A stretch of DNA of 64,000 nt from Haplodiscus bocki (taxonomy: Eukaryota): positions 3,348,001-3,412,000 of the forward strand of contig OZ296659.1 in NCBI GenBank assembly GCA_965655095.1. The letters run 5' to 3'. The notes beneath the pieces were generated by a model, which worked only from the letters and a program-made list of their open reading frames with translations, searched no databases and was not told the DNA's origin. Positions 14,801-28,599 of the stretch are shown here, piece by piece (the first letter of the stretch is position 1; each line of letters starts with the position of its first letter). Made by a program: the position numbers and the translations under genes.

Positions 14801-16554
14801 GAGTGAGTTTCACCGACTTTTATTGGAACGTTCTGACAAGGCTTTTCAAGCTGGGAACCAGGATGTGCTGGAGGAGATGAAAAGGGAGCTTTAGCTAATG
14901 GTGGAAACTTTACAAATTTTCTCAGCAGCCGAAAGTTTGGTTATTCAACTGGAGTGATGATGTTGAAGTTTCTTTCCATGGAACTCTTGAAGTAATTTGA
15001 GAGAGAGAGAGAGAGAGCGCGAGCGAGCTAATGATATATCCCGAAAAGTCCTTAATGTTCCGAGGACGATAGATGTTGGCGTATCAGAAAATGGCATTTC
15101 GTTTGCACATTGAATACCCTCAAATATGCCAGTCTTTTCCATCACTGTGCGTTTCTCGCTCAGAATCGCCATAGTTGATCTGCTTCAAGTTCAGGGGAAA
15201 TCCCCCCGGCAACAACTGACTTCATTTCTGTAAAAATTAATGAAGTTTTAACCCAAGTTTGAAAGAATAGATTTGATTTAGGAGCGGGTTTATCCATTAC
15301 AGATGTGTACGTTCATATATATTGTTTCCATCCTTCTAATGAACAAGTTTGCATCGTGTAAAGACCAATTTAGGCACAGGTAGTGACATTGTGGTACACG
15401 TCACCTAAGAACCCATTTGGTTAAATCGAAGAAGCGCAATTTATTGTTTACCACTTCAATAACTGTATTCAAAGTAGTATGATTAGGTTAATATAAACAA
15501 GCCTGGAAGGCTAAAGTCGGAGTCGCCCGAAAGATTCTTGCACCTTTTCAAGGCTCGTTGGCTTTGAGTGCTGGTAATGATGTCGGGAGATTTATGAGGT
15601 GGTATCACGGAATTATTCTGAAACAAAATTCTAAATATCTTTCGAGAACAAGTGTAGTTTTTAGATCGTTTCCGGTATGAAATAGATGAAAAATAGCCTT
15701 CACTGTGATTAAAATACGACCTTGTACTTTTTGGGACGCTGTTGCCCTGCCCACAAGGCCACGATTGTACCATATGAAAAAGAAAATCAATATAATAATA
15801 CTAGTTGCCTCATTGTGGCAAAAAGCTAAATAAACAGTTTCAGATCTGGACTTGTTGATGATGTCGAATCCTAATGATAGTGAAATGGGTGATGGTATCA
15901 CAGTAGATTGTAACACAATGGGTCAACCAGGGCCGTGATACCAAGACAAAACGTTCATCATGGAAAGCAATGTGTGACAAGGTCAGCCCCTGAACTCAGT
16001 CCCTGGATTGAATCAAAAGACGTCTTGTTATTGAAATTGATGAAAGTATCCAAAGATCGTTTGAAGCTCTGGTTTCTGACATCGGCAATTCCTTCAGGAG
16101 TGAGTTTCACCGACTTTTATTGGAAAGTTCTGACAAGGCTTTTCAAGCTGGGAACCAGGATGTGCTGGAGGAGATGAAAAGGGAGCTTTAGCTAATGGTG
16201 GAAACTTTACAAATTTTCTCAGCAGCCGAAAGTTTGGTTATTCAACTGGAGTGATGATGTTGAAGTTTCTTTCCATGGAACTCTTGAAGTAATTTGAGAG
16301 AGAGAGAGAGAGAGCGAGCGAGCGAGCTAATGATATATCCAGAAAAGTCCTTAATGTTCCGAGGACGATAGATGTTGGCGTATCAGAAAATGGCAATTCG
16401 TTTGCACATTGAATACCCTCAAATATGCCAGTCTTTTCCATCACTGTGCGTTTCTCGCTCAGAATCGCCATAGTTGATCTGCTTCAAGTTCTGGGAAAAT
16501 CCCCCCGGCAACAACTGACTTAATTTCTGTGAAAATTAATGAAGTTTTACCCAA

Positions 16555-19500
16555 GTTTGAAAGAATAGATTTGAATTAGGAGCGGGTTTATCCATTACAG
16601 ATGTGTACGTTCAAATATATTGTTTCCATCCTTCTAATGAACAAGTTTGCATCGTGTAAATACCAATTTAGGCACAAGTTATGACATTCTGGTACACGTA
16701 TCACCTAAGAACCCATTTGGTTAAATCGAAGAAGCGCAATTTATTGTTTACCACTTCAATAACTGTATTCAAAGTAGTATGATTAGGTTAATATAAACAA
16801 GCCTGGAGGGCTAAAGTCGGAGTCGCCCGAAACGTACTTGCACCTTTTGAAGGCTCGTTGACTTTGAGTGCTGGTAATGATTTCGGGAGATATATGAGGT
16901 GGTATCACGGTATTATTCTGAACCAGAATTCTAAATATCTTTCGAGAACAAGTGTAGTTTTTGGATCGTTTCCGTTATGAAATAGATGAAAAAATAGCCT
17001 TTACTGGGATCAAAATACGGCCTTGTAATTTTTGGAACACTGTTGCCCTGCCCACGAGACCACGATTGTACCATATGAACAAGAAAATCAATATAATAAT
17101 ACTAGTTGCCTCATTGTGGCCAAAAGCTAAATAAACAGTTTCAGATCTGGACTTGTTGATGATGTCGAATCCTAATGATAGTGAAATGGATGATGGTATC
17201 ACAGTAGATTGTAACACAATGGGTCAACCAGGGCCGTGATACCAAGACAAAACGTTCATCATGGAAAGCAATGTGTGACAAGGTCAGCCCCTGAACTCAG
17301 TCCCTGGATTGAATCAGAAGACGTCTTGTTATTGAAATTGATGAAAGTATCCAAAGATCGTTTGAAGCTCTGGTTTCTGACATCGGCAATTCCTTCAGGA
17401 GTGAGTTTCACCGACTTTTATTGGAAAGTTCTGACAAGGCTTTTCAAGCGGGGAACCAGGATGTTCTGGAGGAGATGAAAAGGGAGCTTTAGCTAATGGT
17501 TGAAACTTTACAATTTTTCTCAGCAGCCGAAAGTTTGGTTATTCAACTGGAGTGATGATGTTGAAGTTTCTTTCCATGGAACTCTTGAAGTAATTTGAGA
17601 GAGAGAGCGCGCGAGCGAGCTAATGATATATCCCGAAAAGTCCTTAATGTTCCGAGGACGATAGATGTTGGCGTATCAGAAAATGGCATTTCATTTGCAC
17701 ATTGAATACCCTCAAATATGCCAGTCTTTTCCATCACTGTGCGTTTCTCGCTCAGAATCGCCATAGTTGATCTGCTGCAAGTTCAGGGGAAATCCCCCCG
17801 GCAACAATTGACTTCATTTCTGTGAAAATTAATGAAGTTTTACCCAAGTTTGAAAGAATAGATTTGATTTAGGAGCGGGTTTATCCATTACAGATGTGTA
17901 CGTTCAAATATATTGTTTCCATCCTTCTAATGAACAAGTTTGCATCGTGTAAATACCAATTTAGGCACAAGTAATGACATTCTGGTACACGTATCACCGA
18001 AGAACCCATTTGGTTAAATCGAAGAAGCGCAATTTATTGTTTACCACTTCAATAACTGTATTCAAAGTAGTATGATTAGGTTAATATAAACAAGCCTCGA
18101 AGGCTAAAGTCGGAGTCGCCCGAAACGTACTTGCACCTTTTGAAGGCTCGTTGACTTTGAGTGCTGGTAATGATTTCGGGAGATATATGAGGTGGTATCA
18201 CGGTATTATTCTGAACCAGAATTCTAAATATCTTTCGAGAACAAGTGTAGTTTTTGGATCGTTTCCGTTATGAAATAGATGAAAAAATAGCCTTTACTGG
18301 GATCAAAATACGGCCTTGTAAATTTTGGAACACTGTTGCCCTGCCCACGAGACCACGATTGTACCATATGAACAAGAAAATCAATATAATAATACTAGTT
18401 GCCTCATTGTGGCAAAAAGCTAAATAAACAGTTTCAGATCTGGACTTGTTGATGATGTCGAATCCTAATGATAGTGAAATGGGTGATGGTATCACAGTAG
18501 ATTGTAACACAATGGGTCAACCAGGGCCGTGATACCAAGACAAAACGTTCATCATGGAAAGCAATGTGTGACAAGGTCAGCCCCTGAACTCAGTCCCTGG
18601 ATTGAATCAAAAGACGTCTTGTTATTGAAATTGATGAAAGTATCCAAAGATCGTTTGAAGCTCTGGTTTCTGACATCGGCAATTCCTTCAGGAGTGAGTT
18701 TCACCGACTTTTATTGGAAAGTTCTGACAAGGCTTTTCAAGCTGGGAACCAGGATGTGCTGGAGATGATGAAAAGGGAGCTTTAGCTAATGGTGGAAACT
18801 TTACAAATTTTCTCAGCAGTCGAAAGTTTGGTTATTCAACTGGAGTGATGATGTTGAAGTTTCTTTCCATGGAACTCTTGAAGTAATTTGAGAGAGAGAG
18901 AGAGAGAGAGCGAGCGAGCTAATGATATATCCAGAAAAGTCCTTAATGTTCCGAGGACGATAGATGTTGGCGTATCAGAAAATGGCATTTCATTTGCACA
19001 TTGAATACCCTCAAATATGCCAGTCTTTTCCATCACTGTGCGTTTCTCGCTCAGAATCGCCAGTTGATCTGCTTCAAGTTCAGGGGAAATCCCCCCGGCA
19101 ACAACTGACTTCATTTCTGTGAAAATTAATGAAGTTTTACCCAAGTTTGAAAGAATAGATTTGATTTAGGAGCGGGTTTATCCATTACAGATGTGTACGT
19201 TCAAATATATTGTTTCCATCCTTCTAATGAACAAGTTTGCATCGTGTAAATACCAATTTAGGCACAAGTAATGAGATTCTGGTACACGTATCATCTAAGA
19301 ACCCATTTGGTTAAATCGAAGAAGCGCAATTTATTGTTTACCACTTCAATAACTGTATTCAAAGTAGTATGATTAGGTTAATATAAACAAGCCTGGAAGG
19401 CTAAAGTCGGAGTCGCCCGAAACGTACTTGCACCTTTTGAAGGCTCGTTGACTTTGAGTGCTGGTAATGATTTCGGGAGATATATGAGGTGGTATCACGG

Positions 19501-22500
19501 TATTATTCTGAACCAGAATTCTAAATATCTTTCGAGAACAAGTGTAGTTTTTGGATCGTTTCCGTTATGAAATAGATGAAAAAATAGCCTTTACTGGGAT
19601 CAAAATACGGCCTTGTAAATTTTGGAACACTGTTGCCCTGCCCGCGAGACCACGATTGTACCATATGAACAAGAAAATCAATATAATAATACTAGTTGCC
19701 TCATTGTGGCAAAAAGCTGAATAAACAGTTTCAGATCTGGACTTGTTGATGATGTCGAATCCTAATGATAGTGAAATGGGTGATGGTATCACAGTAGATT
19801 GTAACACAATGGGTCAACGAGGGCCGTGATACCAAGACAAAACGTTCATCATGGAAAGCAATGTGTGACAAGGTCAGCCCCTGAACTCAGTCCCTGGATT
19901 GAATCAGAAGACGTCTTGTTATTGAAATTGATGAAAGTATCCAAAGATCGTTTGAAGCTCTGGTTTCTGACATCGGCAATTCCTTCAGGAGTGAGTTTCA
20001 CCGACTTTTATTGGAAAGTTCTGACAAGGCTTTTCAAGCTGGGAACCAGGATGTGCTGGAGGAGATGAAAAGGGAGCTTTAGCTAATGGTGGAAACTTTA
20101 CAAATTTTCTCAGCAGCCGAAAGTTTGGTTATTCAACTGGAGTGATGATGTTGAAGTTTCTTTCCATGGAACTCTTGAAGTAATTTGAGAGAGAGAGAGA
20201 GAGCGAGCGAGCGAGCTAATGATATATCCAGAAAAGTCCTTAATGTTCCGAGGACGATAGATGTTGGCGTATCAGAAAATGGCATTTCATTTGCACATTG
20301 AATACCCTCAAATATGCCAGTCTTTTCCATCACTGTGCGTTTCTCGCTCAGAATCGCCATAGTTGATCTGCTTCAAGTTCAGGGGAAATCCCCCCGGCAA
20401 CAACTGACTTAATTTCTGTGAAAATTAATGAAGTTTTACCCAAGTTTGAAAGAATAGATTTGAATTAGGAGCGGGTTTATCCATTACAGATGTGTACGTT
20501 CAAATATATTGTTTCCATCCTTCTAATGAACAAGTTTGCATCGTGTAAATACCAATTTAGGCACAAGTTATGACATTCTGGTACACGTATCACCTAAGAA
20601 CCCATTTGGTTAAATCGAAGAAGCGCAATTTATTGTTTACCACTTCAATAACTGTATTCAAAGTAGTATGATTAGGTTAATATAAACAAGCCTGGAGGGC
20701 TAAAGTCGGCGTCGCCCGAAACGTACTTGCACCTTTTGAAGGCTCGTTGACTTTGAGTGCTGGTAATGATTTCGGGAGATATATGAGGTGGTATCACGGT
20801 ATTATTCTGAACCAGAATTCTAAATATCTTTCGAGAACAAGTGTAGTTTTTGGATCGTTTCCGTTATAAAATAGATGAAAAAATAGCCTTTACTGGGATC
20901 AAAATACGGCCTTGTAATTTTTGGAACACTGTTGCCCTGCCCACGAGACCACGATTGTACCATATGAACAAGAAAATCAATATAATAATACTAGTTGCCT
21001 CATTGTGGCCAAAAGCTAAATAAACAGTTTCAGATCTGGACTTGTTGATGATGTCGAATCCTAATGATAGTGAAATGGGTGATGGTATCACAGTAGATTG
21101 TAACACAATGGGTCAACCAGGTTCGTGATACCAAGACAAAACGTTCATCATGGAAAGCAATGTGTGACAAGGTCAGCCCCTGAACTCAGTCCCTGGATTG
21201 AATCAGAAGACGTCTTGTTATTGAAATTGATGTAAGTATCCAAAGATCGTTTGAAGCTCTGGTTTCTGACATCGGCAATTCCTTCAGGAGTGAGTTTCAC
21301 CGACTTTTATTGGAAAGTTCTGACAAGGCTTTTCAAGCTGGGAACCAGGATGTTCTGGAGGAGATGAAAAGGGAGCTTTAGCTAATGGTTGAAACTTTAC
21401 AATTTTTCTCAGCAGCCGAAAGTTTGGTTATTCAACTGGAGTGATGATGTTGAAGTTTCCTTCCATGGAACTCTTGAAGTAATTTGAGAGAGAGAGAGAG
21501 CGCGAGCGAGCTAATGATATATCCCGAAAAGTCCTTAATGTTCCGAGGACGATAGATGTTGGCGTATCAGAAAATGGCATTTCATTTGCACATTGAATAC
21601 CCTCAAATATGCCAGTCTTTTCCATCACTGTGCGTTTCTCGCTCAGAATCGCCATAGTTGATCTGCTGCAAGTTCAGGGGAAATCCCCCCGGCAACAATT
21701 GACTTCATTTCTGTGAAAATTAATGAAGTTTGACCCAAGTTTGAAAGAATAGATTTGATTTAGGAGCGGGTTTATCCATTACAGATGTGTACGTTCAAAT
21801 ATATTGTTTCCATCCTTCTAATGAACAAGTTTGCATCGTGTAAATACCAATTTAGGCACAAGTAATGACATTCTGGTACACGTATCACCGAAGAACCCAT
21901 TTGGTTAAATCGAAGAAGCGCAATTTATTGTTTACCACTTCAATAACTGTATTCAAAGTAGTATGATTAGGTTAATATAAACAAGCCTCGAAGGCTAAAG
22001 TCGGAGTCGCCCGAAACGTACTTGCACCTTTTGAAGGCTCGTTGACTTTGAGTGCTGGTAATGATTTCGGGAGATATATGAGGTGGTATCACGGTATTAT
22101 TCTGAACCAGAATTCTAAATATCTTTCGAGAACAAGTGTAGTTTTTGGATCGTTTCCGTTATGAAATAGATGAAAAAATAGCCTTTACTGGGATCAAAAT
22201 ACGGCCTTGTAAATTTTGGAACACTGTTGCCCTGCCCACGAGACCACGATTGTACCATATGAACAAGAAAATCAATATAATAATACTAGTTGCCTCATTG
22301 TGGCAAAAAGCTAAATAAACAGTTTCAGATCTGGACTTGTTGATGATGTCGAATCCTAATGATAGTGAAATGGGTGATGGTATCACAGTAGATTGTAACA
22401 CAATGGGTCAACCAGGGCCGTGATACCAAGACAAAACGTTCATCATGGAAAGCAATGTGTGACAAGGTCAGCCCCTGAACTCAGTCCCTGGATTGAATCA

Positions 22501-25500
22501 AAAGACGTCTTGTTATTGAAATTGATGAAAGTATCCAAAGATCGTTTGAAGCTCTGGTTTCTGACATCGGCAATTCCTTCAGGAGTGAGTTTCACCGACT
22601 TTTATTGGAAAGTTCTGACAAGGCTTTTCAAGCTGGGAACCAGGATGTGCTGGAGGAGATGAAAAGGGAGCTTTAGCTAATGGTGGAAACTTTACAAATT
22701 TTCTCAGCAGCCGAAAGTTTGGTTATTCAACTGGAGTGATGATGTTGAAGTTTCTTTCCATGGAACTCTTGAAGTAATTTGAGAGAGAGAGAGAGAGAGA
22801 GCGAGCGAGCTAATGATATATCCAGAAAAGTCCTTAATGTTCCGAGGACGATAGATGTTGGCGTATCAGAAAATGGCATTTCATTTGCACATTGAATACC
22901 CTCAAATATGCCAGTCTTTTCCATCACTGTGCGTTTCTCGCTCAGAATCGCCAGTTGATCTGCTTCAAGTTCAGGGGAAATCCCCCCGGCAACAACTGAC
23001 TTCATTTCTGTGAAAATTAATGAAGTTTCACCCAAGTTTGAAAGAATAGATTTGATTTAGGAGCGGGTTTATCCATTACAGATGTGTACGTTCAAATATA
23101 TTGTTTCCATCCTTCTAATGAACAAGTTTGCATCGTGTAAATACCAATTTAGGCACAAGTAATGAGATTCTGGTACACGTATCATCTAAGAACCCATTTG
23201 GTTAAATCGAAGAAGCGCAATTTATTGTTTACCACTTCAATAACTGTATTCAAAGTAGTATGATTAGGTTAATATAAACAAGCCTGGAAGGCTAAAGTCG
23301 GAGTCGCCCGAAACGTACTTGCACCTTTTGAAGGCTCGTTGACTTTGAGTGCTGGTAATGATTTCGGGAGATATATGAGGTGGTATCACGGTATTATTCT
23401 GAACCAGATTCTAAATATCTTTCGAGAACAAGTGTAGTTTTTGGATCGTTTCCGTTATGAAATAGATGAAAAAATAGCCTTTACTGGGATCAAAATACGG
23501 CCTTGTAAATTTTGGAACACTGTTGCCCTGCCCACGAGACCACGATTGTACCATATGAACAAGAAAATCAATATAATAATACTAGTTGCCTCATTGTGGC
23601 CAAAAGCTAAATAAACAGTTTCAGATCTGGACTTGTTGATGATGTCGAATCCTAATGATAGTGAAATGGGTGATGGTATCACAGTAGATTGTAACACAAT
23701 GGGTCAACCAGGGCCGTGATACCAAGACAAAACGTTCATCATGGAAAGCAATGTGTGACAAGGTCAGCCCCTGAACTCAGTCCCTGGATTGAATCAGAAG
23801 ACGTCTTGTTATTGAAATTGATGGAAGTATCCAAAGATCGTTTGAAGCTCTGGTTTCTGACATCGGCAATTCCTTCAGGAGTGAGTTTCACCGACTTTTA
23901 TTGGAAAGTTCTGACAAGGCTTTTCAAGCTGGGAACCAGGATGTTCTGGAGGAGATGAAAAGGGAGCTTTAGCTAATGGTTGAAACTTTACAATTTTTCT
24001 CAGCAGCCGAGAGTTTGGTTATTCAACTGGAGTGATGATGTTGAAGTTTCTTTCCATGGAACTCTTGAAGTAATTTGAGAGAGAGAGAGCGCGAGCGAGC
24101 TAATGATATATCCCGAAAAGTCCTTAATGTTCCGAGGACGATAGATGTTGGCGTATCAGAAAATGGCATTTCATTTGCACATTGAATACCCTCAAATATG
24201 CCAGTCTTTTCCATCACTGTGCGTTTCTCGCTCAGAATCGCCATAGTTGATCTGCTGCAAGTTCAGGGGAAATCCCCCCGGCAACAATTGACTTCATTTC
24301 TGTGAAAATTAATGAAGTTTTACCCAAGTTTGAAAGAATAGATTTGATTTAGGAGCGGGTTTATCCATTACAGATGTGTACGTTCAAATATATTGTTTCC
24401 ATCCTTCTAATGAACAAGTTTGCATCGTGTAAATACCAATTTAGGCACAAGTAATGACATTCTGGTACACGTATCACCGAAGAACCCATTTGGTTAAATC
24501 GAAGAAGCGCAATTTATTGTTTACCACTTCAATAACTGTATTCAAAGTAGTATGATTAGGTTAATATAAACAAGCCTCGAAGGCTAAAGTCGGAGTCGCC
24601 CGAAACGTACTTGCACCTTTTGAAGGCTCGTTGACTTTGAGTGCTGGTAATGATTTCGGGAGATATATGAGGTGGTATCACGGTATTATTCTGAACCAGA
24701 ATTCTAAATATCTTTCGAGAACAAGTGTAGTTTTTGGATCGTTTCCGTTATGAAATAGATGAAAAAATAGCCTTTACTGGGATCAAAATACGGCCTTGTA
24801 AATTTTGGAACACTGTTGCCCTGCCCACGAGACCACGATTGTACCATATGAACAAGAAAATCAATATAATAATACTAGTTGCCTCATTGTGGCAAAAAGC
24901 TAAATAAACAGTTTCAGATCTGGACTTGTTGATGATGTCGAATCCTAATGATAGTGAAATGGGTGATGGTATCACAGTAGATTGTAACACAATGGGTCAA
25001 CCAGGGCCGTGATACCAAGACAAAACGTTCATCATGGAAAGCAATGTGTGACAAGGTCAGCCCCTGAACTCAGTCCCTGGATTGAATCAAAAGACGTCTT
25101 GTTATTGAAATTGATGAAAGTATCCAAAGATCGTTTGAAGCTCTGGTTTCTGACATCGGCAATTCCTTCAGGAGTGAGTTTCACCGACTTTTATTGGAAA
25201 GTTCTGACAAGGCTTTTCAAGCTGGGAACCAGGATGTGCTGGAGGAGATGAAAAGGGAGCTTTAGCTAATGGTGGAAACTTTACAAATTTTCTCAGCAGC
25301 CGAAAGTTTGGTTATTCAACTGGAGTGATGATGTTGAAGTTTCTTTCCATGGAACTCTTGAAGTAATTTGAGAGAGAGAGAGAGCGAGCGAGCTAATGAT
25401 ATATCCAGAAAAGTCCTTAATGTTCCGAGGACGATAGATGTTGGCGTATCAGAAAATGGCATTTCATTTGCACATTGAATACCCTCAAATATGCCAGTCT

Positions 25501-26659
25501 TTTCCATCACTGTGCGTTTCTCGCTCAGAATCGCCAGTTGATCTGCTTCAAGTTCAGGGGAAATCCCCCCGGCAACAACTGACTTGATTTCTGTGAAAAT
25601 TAATGAAGTTTTACCCAAGTTTGAAAGAATAGATTTGATTTAGGAGCGGGTTTATCCATTACAGATGTGTACGTTCAAATATATTGTTTCCATCCTTCTG
25701 ATGAACAAGTTTGCATCGTGTAAATACCAATTTAGGCACAAGTAATGAGATTCTGGTACACGTATCATCTAAGAACCCATTTGGTTAAATCGAAGAAGCG
25801 CAATTTATTGTTTACCACTTCAATAACTGTATTCAAAGTAGTATGATTAGGTTAATATAAACAAGCCTGGAAGGCTAAAGTCGGAGTCGCCCGAAACGTA
25901 CTTGCACCTTTTGAAGGCTCGTTGACTTTGAGTGCTGGTAATGATTTCGGGAGATATATGAGGTGGTATCACGGTATTATTCTGAACCAGAATTCTAAAT
26001 ATCTTTCGAGAACAAGTGTAGTTTTTGGATCGTTTCCGTTATGAAATAGATGAAAAAATAGCCTTTACTGGGATCAAAATACGGCCTTGTAAATTTTGGA
26101 ACACTGTTGCCCTGCCCACGAGACCACGATTGTACCATATGAACAAGAAAATCAATATAATAATACTAGTTGCCTCATTGTGGCCAAAAGCTAAATAAAC
26201 AGTTTCAGATCTGGACTTGTTGATGATGTCGAATCCTAATGATAGTGAAATGGGTGATGGTATCACAGTAGATTGTAACACAATGGGTCAACGAGGGCCG
26301 TGATACCAAGACAAAACGTTCATCATGGAAAGCAATGTGTGACAAGGTCAGCCCCTGAACTCAGTCCCTGGATTGAATCAGAAGACGTCTTGTTATTGAA
26401 ATTGATGAAAGTATCCAAAGATCGTTTGAAGCTCTGGTTTCTGACATCGGCAATTCCTTCAGGAGTGAGTTTCACCGACTTTTATTGGAAAGTTCTGACA
26501 AGGCTTTTCAAGCTGGAACCAGGATGTGCTGGAGGAGATGAAAAGGGAGCTTTAGCTAATGGTTGAAACTCTACAAATTTTCTCAGCAGCCGAAAGTTTG
26601 GTTATTCAACTGGAGTGATGATGTTGAAGTTTCTTTCCATGGAACTCTTGAAGTAATTT

Positions 26660-26692
<33 letters not shown>

Positions 26693-26921
26693 ATAATGAT
26701 ATATCCAGAAACGTCCTTAATGTTCCGAGGACGATAGATGTTGGCGTATCAGAAAATGGCATTTTGTTTGCACATTGAATACCCTCAAATATGCCAGTTT
26801 TTTTCCATCACTGTGCGTTTCTCGCTCAGAATCGCCATAGTAAATCTGCTTCAAGTTCAGGGAAAATCCCCCCGGCAACAACTGACTTCATTTCTGTGAA
26901 AATTAATGAAGTTTTACCCAA
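16555..26921 (+). repeat. Trimeric HOR (U14-16 / U17-19, ~3890 bp) changing to a dimeric step (U18-19 / U20-21, ~2590 bp)
   Basis: U14 and U17 share gttatgac, ggagggct, atgttctgg and ctgctgcaa. U15, U18 and U20 share caccgaag, gcctcgaagg, aatcaaaag and cgccagttg. U16, U19 and U21 share gagattctgg. ORF offsets are 18529->22420->25009. Confidence 0.8.
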
Positions 26922-28599
26922 GTTTGAAAGAATAGATTTGATTTAGGAGCCGGTTTATCCATTACAGATGTGTACGTTCAAATATATTGTTTCCATCCTT
27001 CTAATGAACAAGTTTGCATCGTGTAAATACCAATTTAGGCACAAGTAATGACATTCTGGTACACGTATCATCTAAGAACCCATTTGGTTAAATCGAAGAA
27101 GCGCAATTTATTGTTTACCACTTCAATAACTGTATTCAAAGTAGTATGATTAGGTTAATATAAACAAGCCTGGAAGGCTAAAGTCGGAGTCGCCCGAAAG
27201 GTTCTTGCACCTTTTGAAGGCTCGTTGACTTTGAGTGCTGGTAATGATTTCGGGAGATATATGAGGTGGTATCACGGTATTATTCTGAACCAGAATTCTA
27301 AATATCTTTCGAGAACAAGTGTAGTTTTTGGATCGTTTCCGTTATGAAATAGATGAAAAAATAGCCTTTACTGGGATCAAAATACGGCCTTGTAAATTTT
27401 GGAACACTGTTGCCCTGCCCACGAGACCACGATTGTACCATATGAACAAGAAAATCAATATAATAATACTAGTTGGCTCATTGTGGCAAAAAGCAAAATA
27501 AACATGTCGAATCCTAATGATAGTCAAATGGGTGATGGTATCACAGGAGATTGTAACACAATGGGTCAACCAGGGCCGTGATACCAAGACAAAACGTTCA
27601 TCATGGAAAGCAATGTGTGACAAGGTCAGCCCCTGAACTCAGTCCCTGGATTGAATCAGAAGACGTCTTGTTATTGAAATTGATGAAAGTATCCAAAGAT
27701 CGTTTGAAGCTCTGGTTTCTGACATCGGCAATTCCTTCAGGAGTGAGTTTCACCGACTTTTATTGGAAAGTTCTGACAAGGCTTTTCAAGCTGGGAACCA
27801 GGATGTGCTGGAGGAGATGAAAAGGGAGCTTTAGCTAATGGTTGAATCTTTACAAATTTTCTCAGCAGCCGAAAGTTTGGTTATTCAACTGGAGTGATGA
27901 TGTTGAAGTTTCTTTCCATGGAACTCTTGAAGTAATTTGAGAGAGAGAGAGAGAGAACGAGCGAGATAATGATATATCCAGAAACGTCCTTAATGTTCCG
28001 AGGACGATAGATGTTGGCGTATCAGAAAATGGCAATTCGTTTGCACATTGAATACCCTCAAATATGCCAGTCTTTTCCATCACTGTGCGTTTCTCGCTCA
28101 GAATCGCCATAGTTGATCTGCTTCAAGTTCTGGGAAAATCCCCCCGGCAACAACTGACTTCATTTCTGTGAAAATTAATGAAGTTTTACCCAAGTTTGAA
28201 AGAATAGATTTGATTTAGGAGCGGGTTTATCTATTACAGATGTGTACGTTCAAATATATTGTTTCCATCCTTCTAATGAACCAGTTTGCATCGTGTAAAT
28301 ACCAATTTAGGCACAAGTAATGACAATCTGGTACACGTATCACCTAAGAACCCATTTGGTTAAATCGAAGAAGCGCAATTTATTGTTTACCAATTCAATA
28401 ACTGTATTCAAAGTAGTATGATTAGGTTAATATAAACAAGCCTGGAAGGCTAAAGTCGGAGTCGCCCGAAACGTACTTGCACCTTTTGAAGGCTCGTTGA
28501 CTTTGAGTGCTGGTAATGATTTCGGGAGATATATGAGGTGGTATCACGGTATTATTCTGAACCAGAATTCTAAATATCTTTCGAGAACAAGTGTAGTTT

